Assembly: GCA_964639135.1 (NCBI GenBank)
Contig: CAZXBZ010000002.1
Coordinates: 1 to 35,616, forward strand
Source: an uncultured Solibacteraceae bacterium
GTDB lineage: Bacteria > Acidobacteriota > Terriglobia > Bryobacterales > Bryobacteraceae
DNA: 35,616 bases
Reading direction: 5' to 3'
The notes under the pieces were generated by a model. That model was not told the origin of the DNA, searched no databases, and saw nothing but the letters and a program-made list of their open reading frames with translations. The position numbers were made by a program, and so were the translations under genes. Of this stretch, positions 7,901 through 16,220 are shown in pieces; the first letter of the stretch is position 1, and the number at the start of each line of letters is the position of its first letter.

Positions 7901-10900
7901 CTAGAAGAGGCGCGTCCGGCTGTTCGATGTGCCCTCGCTATTCGTGAGGGTCACCGTCACGGAAGCCACGGCGTTCGCGCCGCCCTGAACCGTGAACGGA
8001 ATCGTCAGCTTGTAGGCGCTTCCGGCTCCCCGGCCATCCAGGCTTTCAAACCACGCTTGCGCGGCTGAAGTAAGCGGGATCGTGAGTTCCGTGGTCTGCA
8101 AGTTCGTTCCAGGGGTTGGTGTAAAAACCACCCTGGCCGATGTGAGGTCCCGCGGTGTGGAATAGCCCGTAATCACCACGGTGAAGCCGCCGCTGCTCGT
8201 TTGCACGTTCAGGTTGTCCTCAAGGAAAGGCGCGCTTCGGGCGATCGTGAATTCCTTCGAATCGGATGGTTCGCCGCCCGTGATTGCCACGTCCACCCGT
8301 ATGGTTCCGGCGGTGGTTCCCGTTTGCACGCGCTCGGTGGGCGTGCCATCGAAAACCGCGAGCGTGCTGTTCGCCGGAATGGTGAAGTTCGCCGTCCGCG
8401 TGCCATTCAGGAAGAGCACCTTCGGGTCATCGGTATTCACCATGGCATTCGGCGTGAAGGTCAGCGTCGCCACGCCCTTCAACTCCACCGGGTAGGCCTC
8501 CGCCAAACGCACCACTACATCTTTTTGTTCCGAAGGCCCGGCGTTCGCGAAGCTGTCGAGCGTGATGGCCGGGGTTGGGGTGGAGGTCACGGCGATCGTG
8601 AACTCGCGTGACGCCGTTTGCCCTAGCAAATCTCTTACCGTGAGCGTGAAGGTTTGGGACTGCGCGGCCGGGCTCGGAGTGCCCACGATGCGCGCCACGC
8701 CCGGCTGGGTTGCGGTATCGAAATTCAGCCCGTTCGGGAGCGCGCTGGCGCTTAGTTGCCAGGTATATTGGGGAGTGCCGCCCGTTGCGGTCACCGTCTG
8801 GTCATAGTCCTGGCCCACTTGCGCCACGGCAAGCGAGGTGGTCTCGATCACTGGCCGCGACTCGCCCACCTCGATCGTGTAGACGCGCAATACTTCCCGT
8901 AGAGCGGTGGAAGCCCGCACCGTGAAGGTGCGTGGCCCCGTGCCGCTGAAGTTCCACTTCAATTCTCCGGTAGGTCTGAGCTCGAGGCCAGCTATGTTCG
9001 CGGCCAGTGTCCAGGTTACCGTGGGTTCCTCCGGGCTTAGCCCGCTGACGGAAAGCTGCTGACTATAGGCCGTGTTCACGGTAGCGGCGGGCAGCGTTTC
9101 CGGTTGAATGCTGAGCGCGCTGGCCAGGATGCGAATCGTGAAGGTTCGCGAGACTTGCGTGTTGCCCGAATCGCGCAGCGTCACCTCAATCGGGAAGGGG
9201 CCGGTACCCGTAGTCCTGGGAATTCCGCTGATGCGCATGGTCCAGGTCTGGGTGGCATCGTTACTGACGATTCCCACGCTCAAACCAGCCGCCGCCAGCG
9301 CGGAGGCCTGGGCGGCATTCACATCGAACCGGTAGGGAGGCGTGCCGTTCACCGGCAAAATCATAACGCCGTCCCCCGCCGGGCCGTAGGCTTGGTCCAC
9401 CACCGCGACCGGCAGGGAAGTGACGGAAAAGTCGAGACCGCCGCCGCCGACCACCAGTTGCAGAGTTTGAACGGGGGTTACTAGCCCGGTGGGCGTATGG
9501 CGCGCGCTGATCCGCAAGGTGAAGCTCTGCGATGGTGCACTGATCTCGGCTGGGACACCCGAGAACTTTCCGCTCACCGGGTCGAAGCCGATCCCTCCGG
9601 GCAGCGATTCGTTCCCGCTCACGAGGGTCCACTCATAATCGGATTCCGGCGTGGTGGGGCCGCCTGATACCGCAAGGGATGCCGAGTAGGCGATGCCCAC
9701 GCGCGCCTGGGGCAGGGAAGCCGTGCTGATCACGAAATCCCGTACCGCCAAACTGAAGGGCTTCTGGCCCGAAGCCTGGCCTGGGCTGGCGTTATCCACT
9801 ACGCGGATGGTGAAATTGAAGTCGCCCGCCGTGTTCGGTGTGCCGCTGAGCGTGCCTGTCGCGGCGTCGAGAGCCAGCCCAGGCGGCAGCGCGCTCCCTG
9901 GCGCCACGCTCCAGGTGTAATTTCCGTTCCCTCCGGTAGCTTCAAGATCCGCGCTGAACGCCAGCCCGGAGATGTGCGTTCCCAGATTGGATTCGCTCGT
10001 GACCGTGATGGTTGTGTCGCCGATGATCGTGAACGTCCGGGCCACGGAAACCGCTCCATTCACGGTCACCGTTACGGGCACCGCTCCAGGGGTTTCCAAT
10101 GCGGAAGCTGGAATGGTGAGTACCGCCGTGGTTACGCCGCTTCCCGACACTCCAACGGATCCCTCGGGGATCTCGTGGCTCCCGAAGCTCACACGGGTCT
10201 TGTTTGGAATAAAGCCGTGCCCGGCGATCGTGAGCGTGAGATCAGGCGCGCCCGCCGGGATATCCGAGGGGGTGAGAGAGGTGATCACGGGAATCACGGT
10301 TAACGAGAAACTCTTCGTGACCGGCGTGCTCTCTCCATCCTCCACCTGAACGCCGAAAGAGAACACGCCAGCCTCGGTTGGCGTCCCGGAGATCGTTCCC
10401 TCGTTACTCAGCGATAATCCCACGGGCGGATTGCCTCCCGCCAGTGACCATTGGTAAGGGCCACCGTTTCCTCCGCTGGCCTCCAGGGGGATGTTGTACG
10501 TGGAGCCCGCCGCGGCTCCGGGCAGGGACGAAGCGGTCTCGATTACGAGCGGCGGGTCGGCGATAGTGATTACGATGTTCCCGGATGTCGCGGTTTGTTG
10601 CGTGCCGGCGCTATCCGTCACGGTTACGGCCGCATTCCATACCCCCGCCTCCGCCGGCGTTCCGGAGATCACGCCCGTGGCGGGGGCGAGCGCCAGGCCC
10701 GCCGGAAGCGTCCCACTGTCAAGCGAATAGGTGAGCGGTTCGACGCCGCCCGAAACCGAGGGTGTCACCGCTAAAATCGGTGTTCCGCGCACCCCGGTAA
10801 TGGGGGAAGGGTAGGAAAGCGTCAGCGGCGGTGGCGGCGGAACCGCTACCGTGAATGTCGCGCTGTTGGAGGGGCTCACGCCCGGGTGATTCACCAGAAC

Positions 10901-11497
10901 GCTCTTCGGCCCCGCCGTGGCGATCCGTTCCGCCGGTACGTTTACCGTGAGTTCGGTTGGGGTCCACGCCGAGGGGGTGAGCGTTTCGCCGTCGAACTCC
11001 ACCGAGGACCCGCTCATGAAATTCGTGCCGGTGATCGTGAGTGTGAATCCGGCGCCGCCGGCCACCGCGGTGTCCGGACTCAGGCTCGTAATCGCGGGCG
11101 TGCCGACGATCGTAAAGTCCGCTGGATTGGACACGTCGCTTTCCGGCGCGGGGTTCCTTACCGTCACGGCCACCGTGCCTGGGACGCTCAAGGCGCTGGC
11201 CGGAATAATCGCCGTAAGGGATGTCTCACTGACAAAGGCGGTGGTAAGATCCTCGCTCCCGAACACCACGGTGGCCCCGTCCGCGAAGCCGGTGCCAGTC
11301 ACCGTGATTTGCTGGTCGATGCTTTGTCCTTCCCCAAGGAAATTCGGCGTCAGGCTGGTAATCGCGGGCTGCGCGGAAAGCGCCGCAGTCCAGGCGATCA
11401 GCAGCGCCGCGCTTAGCAGCGGCTTCACCCCCGCTTGCAGGAATCTCCGCGTCCATTGTGCCGCGCCAAATTCCATCGCCTGCCACTGTGTCATCAT
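7901..11497 (-). CDS. Very large exported protein with IPT/TIG and He_PIG (putative Ig) repeats; adhesin-like
   Basis: Signal peptide RRFLQAGVKPLLSAALLIAWTAALSA-QP. At least three IPT/TIG-type modules start with (P)AITSLTP, AITSLSP or VITSLTP. At least six He_PIG-type modules carry L(P)xGLxL...G.ISGTP...G. motifs (VISGTPAEAGVW, TISGTPTEAGVF, TLSGTPNTAGDF and others). The start is ambiguous: a TTG at 11560 overlaps the upstream stop (TTGA), and ATGs occur at 11512, 11497, 11494 and 11476. Confidence 0.75.
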   Translation of the reverse strand: MMTQWQAMEFGAAQWTRRFLQAGVKPLLSAALLIAWTAALSAQPAITSLTPNFLGEGQSIDQQITVTGTGFADGATVVFGSEDLTTAFVSETSLTAIIPASALSVPGTVAVTVRNPAPESDVSNPADFTIVGTPAITSLSPDTAVAGGAGFTLTITGTNFMSGSSVEFDGETLTPSAWTPTELTVNVPAERIATAGPKSVLVNHPGVSPSNSATFTVAVPPPPPLTLSYPSPITGVRGTPILAVTPSVSGGVEPLTYSLDSGTLPAGLALAPATGVISGTPAEAGVWNAAVTVTDSAGTQQTATSGNIVITIADPPLVIETASSLPGAAAGSTYNIPLEASGGNGGPYQWSLAGGNPPVGLSLSNEGTISGTPTEAGVFSFGVQVEDGESTPVTKSFSLTVIPVITSLTPSDIPAGAPDLTLTIAGHGFIPNKTRVSFGSHEIPEGSVGVSGSGVTTAVLTIPASALETPGAVPVTVTVNGAVSVARTFTIIGDTTITVTSESNLGTHISGLAFSADLEATGGNGNYTWSVAPGSALPPGLALDAATGTLSGTPNTAGDFNFTIRVVDNASPGQASGQKPFSLAVRDFVISTASLPQARVGIAYSASLAVSGGPTTPESDYEWTLVSGNESLPGGIGFDPVSGKFSGVPAEISAPSQSFTLRISARHTPTGLVTPVQTLQLVVGGGGLDFSVTSLPVAVVDQAYGPAGDGVMILPVNGTPPYRFDVNAAQASALAAAGLSVGIVSNDATQTWTMRISGIPRTTGTGPFPIEVTLRDSGNTQVSRTFTIRILASALSIQPETLPAATVNTAYSQQLSVSGLSPEEPTVTWTLAANIAGLELRPTGELKWNFSGTGPRTFTVRASTALREVLRVYTIEVGESRPVIETTSLAVAQVGQDYDQTVTATGGTPQYTWQLSASALPNGLNFDTATQPGVARIVGTPSPAAQSQTFTLTVRDLLGQTASREFTIAVTSTPTPAITLDSFANAGPSEQKDVVVRLAEAYPVELKGVATLTFTPNAMVNTDDPKVLFLNGTRTANFTIPANSTLAVFDGTPTERVQTGTTAGTIRVDVAITGGEPSDSKEFTIARSAPFLEDNLNVQTSSGGFTVVITGYSTPRDLTSARVVFTPTPGTNLQTTELTIPLTSAAQAWFESLDGRGAGSAYKLTIPFTVQGGANAVASVTVTLTNSEGTSNSRTRLF

Positions 11498-11556
11498 GTC
11501 CCCTGAATTCATCCGCTGTTCAAATTCGTGATTTCCGTCCGCTCTCGCCGCGCGCG

Positions 11557-12225
11557 TCAAGGCGCGCTAAAACCAGGCGTTCCGGCCGTGATCGTCACGG
11601 AGGGTGCTGGCGGCGTAACCGGAGGCGTGCTCGGGCTTCCGGAGGATTTCGAGCCGCCGCCGCTCATCGCCACGGCCACCCCCACGCCACCCGCCACCGC
11701 GAGCAGCACGCCGATCAGCACGCCCTTGCCGCCGCCACTGCTTGTCTGGGCCACCGGCGCGGCATTCGTCTGGGCGATTCTTGCCGCGGCCCGGTTCCCG
11801 CCGGAGGTTGCCGTCACCCGGATCTCAAAATTGCCGACAACGTTATTCGGCCGCATCCCTTGAATTCGCGCGATGCCCTTTTCGTCGGTGGTTACGCTGG
11901 CTTGCGTGCCGCCGTCCACAAAGATGGCGCTGGCCCCCATGGCGGGCGTGGTGAAGCTTACGATGGCGCCGGCAACGGGTTTGCCCGTGGCGTCCTCGAC
12001 GCGCACCACCGGCGAACGCATCGTCATTTCCCGGACGTTGTTAATGGATCCCTCGCCTTCGAGCACGACGATCCTTAGCGGCTCTCCCTCGGCCTGCCGC
12101 GCGAGCACCGCACCCATCGCGGGGCCGGGCGATAGCAAGAAGCTGAGCACGACCGCGATCCACCCCGTCAAACCCGCGCGGCGTCGTGTCCGCCGGCCGG
12201 ACGCCGGCCGAATTTCTTTCATCAT
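11557..12225 (-). CDS. Membrane-anchored protein with a single Ig-like/carboxypeptidase-regulatory-like beta domain
   Basis: N-terminal basic region plus hydrophobic helix (RRTRRRAGLTGWIAVVLSFLLSPGPAMG). A beta-rich domain follows (VVRVEDATGKPVAGAIVSFT...DEKGIARI...FEIRVTA). The C-terminus has a Gly/Val-rich TM helix (GVLIGVLLAVAGGVGVAVAM) and a Ser/Pro tail. GAGG lies 9 nt upstream of ATG 12225. The stop overlaps the first possible start of the downstream giant gene. Confidence 0.6.
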   Translation of the reverse strand: MMKEIRPASGRRTRRRAGLTGWIAVVLSFLLSPGPAMGAVLARQAEGEPLRIVVLEGEGSINNVREMTMRSPVVRVEDATGKPVAGAIVSFTTPAMGASAIFVDGGTQASVTTDEKGIARIQGMRPNNVVGNFEIRVTATSGGNRAAARIAQTNAAPVAQTSSGGGKGVLIGVLLAVAGGVGVAVAMSGGGSKSSGSPSTPPVTPPAPSVTITAGTPGFSAP

Positions 12226-12318
12226 TCGAACCTGCCTCGTTTCGTATTCGCGTGCTCGTGCGCTTCCGGGCGCACCGCGCCGCGGAACTTATCCTGAAAC
12301 ATATCTTTCGATGCGGCA

Positions 12319-12346
12319 ATTATAACGTAGTGGTTCCCGTTCGAAA
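12319..12346 (-). promoter_or_regulatory. Candidate sigma70-type promoter for the minus-strand Ig-protein operon
   Basis: On the minus strand there is a perfect TATAAT (12324-12319), preceded after 16 nt by a weak TTTCGA (12346-12341). It lies in the most AT-rich stretch of the window, about 90 nt upstream of ATG 12225. Confidence 0.3.
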
Positions 12347-12394
12347 TCGTGGCCCGGCAAAGGTTTACATTCGCAAACTACGCCTATTCCAGCC

Positions 12395-12424
12395 TTGCAA
12401 TTCCAGCGGTACCCTTTGTAAAGT
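12395..12424 (+). promoter_or_regulatory. Candidate sigma70-type promoter for the 792-aa membrane protein gene
   Basis: TTGCAA (12395-12400), an 18-nt spacer, then TAAAGT (12419-12424). It ends 34 nt upstream of ATG 12458. Confidence 0.25.
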
Positions 12425-12457
12425 TGGGGCAGTACATACAGGACCGTATCACTGTCT

Positions 12458-14836
12458 ATGGCATCGAAGCCAGTCGAGTCGCCGCTCTTCATTTGGGCGC
12501 CTCCCGGGAGTCCCCTGCGCGTTGAATACTCGGGCGGCGTGATGGAAGAGATCCGCGCGCGCGCCGTGAACGGCTTTTACAAAGTGCGGGGCGGCGTGGA
12601 TGTTGCGGGCCTCTTGCTCGGGGACGTGCGGCCGGATTCCGTTCGAATTCTCGATCATCTCCCCTTTGAAATCGAATATGCCCACGGCCCCGCCTTCGCG
12701 CTGTCCCCCCGGGATCTCGCCTTGGTTCGCAAGCTCATCGAGGAGATATCGAACGCCGGGCTTGAAGCGTCCGGCCCGGATGGAGCCCGCCGCGTGCTTG
12801 GGCTCTGCATTTCCCACGCACGGAGCGATCTGGCACTCTCCGCGGGCGAAATCCAGATTTTCGATCAACTCTTCCCCCATGCCTGGCAGACCATTCTGCT
12901 CTTGAAGCCCTCGCACGCCACGGAGACAGCCGCCGCGTTCTTTGTTCGTGAGCCGGACGGCGGGATGCGAACGAATCGCTCGTACGGGGAGTTTGGCGTG
13001 GCTCCCATGATGGGAGAACGCCGCGCGCGGCCCGCGTACCAGGAAGCTTCCTCCCTGCGCGCGCTTGCCGAAGCCGCCCGTCATGGGTCCGGGGTGGAAT
13101 CTCCCGCGCAAGACGTTCCGGCGCGGGAACCCGCCGCGCGGGAGTCTCTTGCACAGCCGGAATCGCCGCCGCTCCAGCCGGAGATGTCCGAGGAGGACAT
13201 CCTGGCGCGGCGCGCCGTCCCGGAGAAACCGTCGGCGTCACACCCCGAGCCTCCATTCCGCGACGCGGCCGGAGACACGTCTTCCACCGCGCCGGACGGG
13301 CTTGCCGACGCGCAGCCAGCCCCGCCTTTGGAGCCGGCCGCCATCGAGCCGCGGGACATCGAACGCCTTGCTCTTCCCAGGCCCCTCGCGGCTCTGACGG
13401 TGAAAGAGGACGCCTTGGCGGATCCCGAGACGCCGGAGCCCGCCACCGGCGTCCCCGAGTGGCATGAGGAAGAACTCCCTCCCGGCGGGGTGCGTGCCAC
13501 GTCGTGGCTGCGCTGGGCCATGCCCTCGGTTGCCCTTATTTTGCTTCTGGTTCTGGGCTATCTGGTGTATCACGCGCTGAATGGCGCGCCTCCCTCCGTG
13601 GTGTTCTTCCGGCGCGCCGCCGGAGACAGCCAGGAAATAGTCTGGCGCGTGCAGGGGATGGGCGACGCCCGGTCCGCGGTCATCACAATCAAGAATGGCG
13701 ACGAAACCCGCACCATCGACCTGATCCGTACCGGCCAACTCTCCGGCGTCTACCGCGATTCCTCCCTCACCGCCGCCTCCGCCGTCACGATGGATATCGA
13801 ACGGTCCACGGGGGAAAAGATCCACCGGGAGGCCCCGCCGCTCGATGCTGATTCGGTGGTGCCCTATCTTGGAGGTTTTTCCACTCCAGAGCCCGAGGCG
13901 TCTTCCACTCCGGAAGCGCCGGCCGCGGCGGCTGGCGGCGAGAGCGGAGATCCACGGCCGATCCTGGCTACTCCCGTTGAAGCCGATCCGCTGCCCTTGG
14001 AGGCGAAACCCTCCGTTCCTGTCTCACCACCGGTTGCTTCCGTGGCGTCTTCCGCTCCGCCCGTACCCTCCGTTCCGTCCCCGGTCGAATCCGCGGGCGA
14101 GCGCGCGGCTGGGGGAGCCACACCCCGGCTTGCTCCAGAATCTCCAGTCCAAACCCGAGTTACCGAGGCTCCGTCCGCGGCGCGGCCGGAGTCCCTCGCC
14201 CCGTCCGTCACCCAGCCAGGCCCGGCGCTCGATTCCGGCTCGCGGCCCCCGGCGAATCCGCCCAGCGCGTCGAATGCCGCGAATGTTCCCCCTCCGCATG
14301 CGGCCGCGCCTGCCGCCGGGAACAGCGGGGCTGGCCAGGTTCCGGTTTCCCAGCCCCCAGTTTCCCCGCCGCCGGTTCCGCGGCCCCTGGCCCCGCCCGC
14401 GCCGGCCGTGCAACAGCCCGCCGCGGCAAAAGCCTCCCCCGCGCGCGTGGCGGCTGGCCGCGTAATCTGGACCGGACAACTGCGTAAGAACCAGAGCCTG
14501 CAGATCGACGGCAAGGCAGCCACGCTGGGGGTGATGAGCGCCGCCTTGCCGGGCCTGCCCGTTCGCGTTAACGTGCTTCCCGGTGAATTGACTCCGCAAG
14601 GGCTGATTGTTTATACCGCGAACCCGCGGTACCGCAATGTGGGGAATGCCGTCGAACCTCCCGGCCCGACGAATGGATGGAATCAGACGCACTATCGCTA
14701 CGACCCCGTTCGGGCTCAGTCGCTGATTGTGACCGGGCCGCCGAGTGAGGCGAATGGCTGGAGGAGGGTCACCGTGCGAAATGAAGATAAAAATACCAGT
14801 GTCATTGTGATCGATTGGCAGGCGGATGAGCCGTAA
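12458..14836 (+). CDS. Single-pass membrane protein: degenerate JAMM/MPN-like N-domain, Pro-rich linkers, extracytoplasmic C-terminal beta domain
   Basis: 792-aa ORF starting at an ATG. N-terminal residues ~10-175 show an MPN-like pattern (DVAGLLLG; LGLCISHARSDLALSAGE), but the E / HxH / SxxD metal ligands are not intact. TM helix WAMPSVALILLLVLGYLVYHAL lies at ~nt 13505-13570. Two long Pro/Ala/Ser-rich tracts follow. The C-terminal ~130 aa look globular (RVIWTGQL...VIVIDWQ). Confidence 0.6.
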   Translation: MASKPVESPLFIWAPPGSPLRVEYSGGVMEEIRARAVNGFYKVRGGVDVAGLLLGDVRPDSVRILDHLPFEIEYAHGPAFALSPRDLALVRKLIEEISNAGLEASGPDGARRVLGLCISHARSDLALSAGEIQIFDQLFPHAWQTILLLKPSHATETAAAFFVREPDGGMRTNRSYGEFGVAPMMGERRARPAYQEASSLRALAEAARHGSGVESPAQDVPAREPAARESLAQPESPPLQPEMSEEDILARRAVPEKPSASHPEPPFRDAAGDTSSTAPDGLADAQPAPPLEPAAIEPRDIERLALPRPLAALTVKEDALADPETPEPATGVPEWHEEELPPGGVRATSWLRWAMPSVALILLLVLGYLVYHALNGAPPSVVFFRRAAGDSQEIVWRVQGMGDARSAVITIKNGDETRTIDLIRTGQLSGVYRDSSLTAASAVTMDIERSTGEKIHREAPPLDADSVVPYLGGFSTPEPEASSTPEAPAAAAGGESGDPRPILATPVEADPLPLEAKPSVPVSPPVASVASSAPPVPSVPSPVESAGERAAGGATPRLAPESPVQTRVTEAPSAARPESLAPSVTQPGPALDSGSRPPANPPSASNAANVPPPHAAAPAAGNSGAGQVPVSQPPVSPPPVPRPLAPPAPAVQQPAAAKASPARVAAGRVIWTGQLRKNQSLQIDGKAATLGVMSAALPGLPVRVNVLPGELTPQGLIVYTANPRYRNVGNAVEPPGPTNGWNQTHYRYDPVRAQSLIVTGPPSEANGWRRVTVRNEDKNTSVIVIDWQADEP

Positions 14837-14884
14837 ACCCGTTCGCGCCGCGGCTCGCGGACCGGCCTGGAATGCCTGTCCGCC

Positions 14885-14912
14885 TTGCCGTCAAACCGGC
14901 ATTCTGTAGAAT
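14885..14912 (+). promoter_or_regulatory. Candidate sigma70-type promoter upstream of the TPR gene
   Basis: TTGCCG (14885-14890), a 16-nt spacer, then TAGAAT (14907-14912), inside the 117-nt gap. A 7-bp inverted repeat gaatgcc/ggcattc overlaps it. Confidence 0.25.
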
Positions 14913-14953
14913 AAGTCAGGACCAACCGCCCGCCGGACCCGCCGGAACGCGCC

Positions 14954-16201
14954 GTGGATCAGGAACCCAATCAAAGCCGTGCGTCGCTGAGAAATCTGGT
15001 GACCGATAGCCGCTCGTGGGCTGTCTCCGAGCAAGCCGCGCGGGATACGTGGCTCCGTCTGCGCGATCTTCTCTCGCGGCATTGGCCCGTACGCCCTCTT
15101 TTCGGAGAGATGGGCCGGGGCGTGGTGGTGATTGTTACCGCGCTTTTCCTGCTTTCAAGCGCCGCCAGCATCCTCGGCGGCCGTTATTGGGCGGTAAGAG
15201 AAGATCTGGCCCGCGAAGAGTTTGAGCGCGCTCGCGGCCTGAATTCACAAGGGCAGCACGAACAGGCTCTGCGGCGGCTTCGGGCGGCTTTTCATCTGGA
15301 GCTGCACAATCGCGAATATCAGATGGCGCTTACCTTAACGCTGATCGCACTCGGGCGTTACGACGAGGCCCGGCTTCAATTGAACGACATTCTCCGGAGC
15401 GACCCCACAAACGCACCCGCCAACCTCCTGCTCGCGCGCATCGCATCGAACGAAAGCTCCCCGGATGTCGATACCGCCATCCAGTATTACCAGCGATCGA
15501 TCTATGGCCTTTGGCCCGACAACCCCGTTCGCCACCGCATCGATGCGCGCTTCGAACTGGCGCACTACCTTGCCGAACAGGGGCGCATCGAGCAGTTGCG
15601 CGCGGAGCTGATCATGCTCGCGAGCGATATTCGGGACGATCGCGGAGAACTGGTCCGCGTCGGCTACCTGATGCTCTTCGCCCGCTCGCCGTCGCAGGCG
15701 GAAATGGTTTTCGCGCGCGTCCTGAGCCAGGATTCGCGAGACGCGGAGGCGCTCGCCGGCTTGGGGAAGGCGCAACTCGAAATGGGGAATTTCGCCGCTT
15801 CCGAACGGTCCTTTCTGCGAGCGGCGCGCGCGAATCGCGGCAATGAGGAGATCGGCCGTCAATTGGCTCTGGTGCGTGAGATTCGCGCGCTCAATCCCAA
15901 ACGGCTCGGTTTGGGGATCTATGTAAGCGCCGCCCGTGCGCGGAACCTCCTTGAGCTTACCCGCGACCGGCTGGCCGCTTGCGCCGATCCGGAAACACTG
16001 CCCCCGGAAGCCCGGGAGAATCTTACCGAGGCCGAAGCGCAACTTTCGGCCCGGCGCCGGGGCGCGCCCACCGTGGAATCGGTGGACCAGAAAATCGCCC
16101 TCTCTTTTCGCCTCTTCCATGAGGCCGGCCAGTCTTGCGAGAACCCGGAAAGGAATGAACCCCTCGAACGCCTGATGACGGCGTTCGCGACCGAGCAATA
16201 G
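14954..16201 (+). CDS. Tetratricopeptide repeat (TPR) protein with N-terminal membrane helix
   Basis: Tandem 34-aa A/L/Y/R-rich helix pairs, for example YQMALTLTLIALGRYDEARLQLNDILRSDPTNAPANLLLARI. N-terminal hydrophobic helix GVVVIVTALFLLSSAASILGG. The start is uncertain: GTG 14954 or ATG 15110. Confidence 0.7.
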   Translation: MDQEPNQSRASLRNLVTDSRSWAVSEQAARDTWLRLRDLLSRHWPVRPLFGEMGRGVVVIVTALFLLSSAASILGGRYWAVREDLAREEFERARGLNSQGQHEQALRRLRAAFHLELHNREYQMALTLTLIALGRYDEARLQLNDILRSDPTNAPANLLLARIASNESSPDVDTAIQYYQRSIYGLWPDNPVRHRIDARFELAHYLAEQGRIEQLRAELIMLASDIRDDRGELVRVGYLMLFARSPSQAEMVFARVLSQDSRDAEALAGLGKAQLEMGNFAASERSFLRAARANRGNEEIGRQLALVREIRALNPKRLGLGIYVSAARARNLLELTRDRLAACADPETLPPEARENLTEAEAQLSARRRGAPTVESVDQKIALSFRLFHEAGQSCENPERNEPLERLMTAFATEQ

Positions 16202-16220
16202 GCGCGGGATTCGAAACGAT

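Noticed and set aside
12223-12240. GGTTCGAA T-loop-like motif on the minus strand, considered as a possible tRNA
   Set aside because: The flanking bases do not form a T-stem (gcagg versus gatga), and I could not build an acceptor or anticodon arm. The motif overlaps the ATGATG start of the 222-aa gene.
13100-14460. Repetitive-looking Pro/Ala/Ser-coding DNA, considered as a tandem repeat or array
   Set aside because: I could find no regular repeat unit or spacer structure. It is in-frame low-complexity coding sequence within the 792-aa ORF.
16202-16220. Possible fluoride or other riboswitch upstream of the ClC gene
   Set aside because: The gap is only 19 nt. In addition, the channel has the standard GSGIx / GxEDP / GxFxP motifs and a CBS pair, which does not look like a short CLC-F protein.
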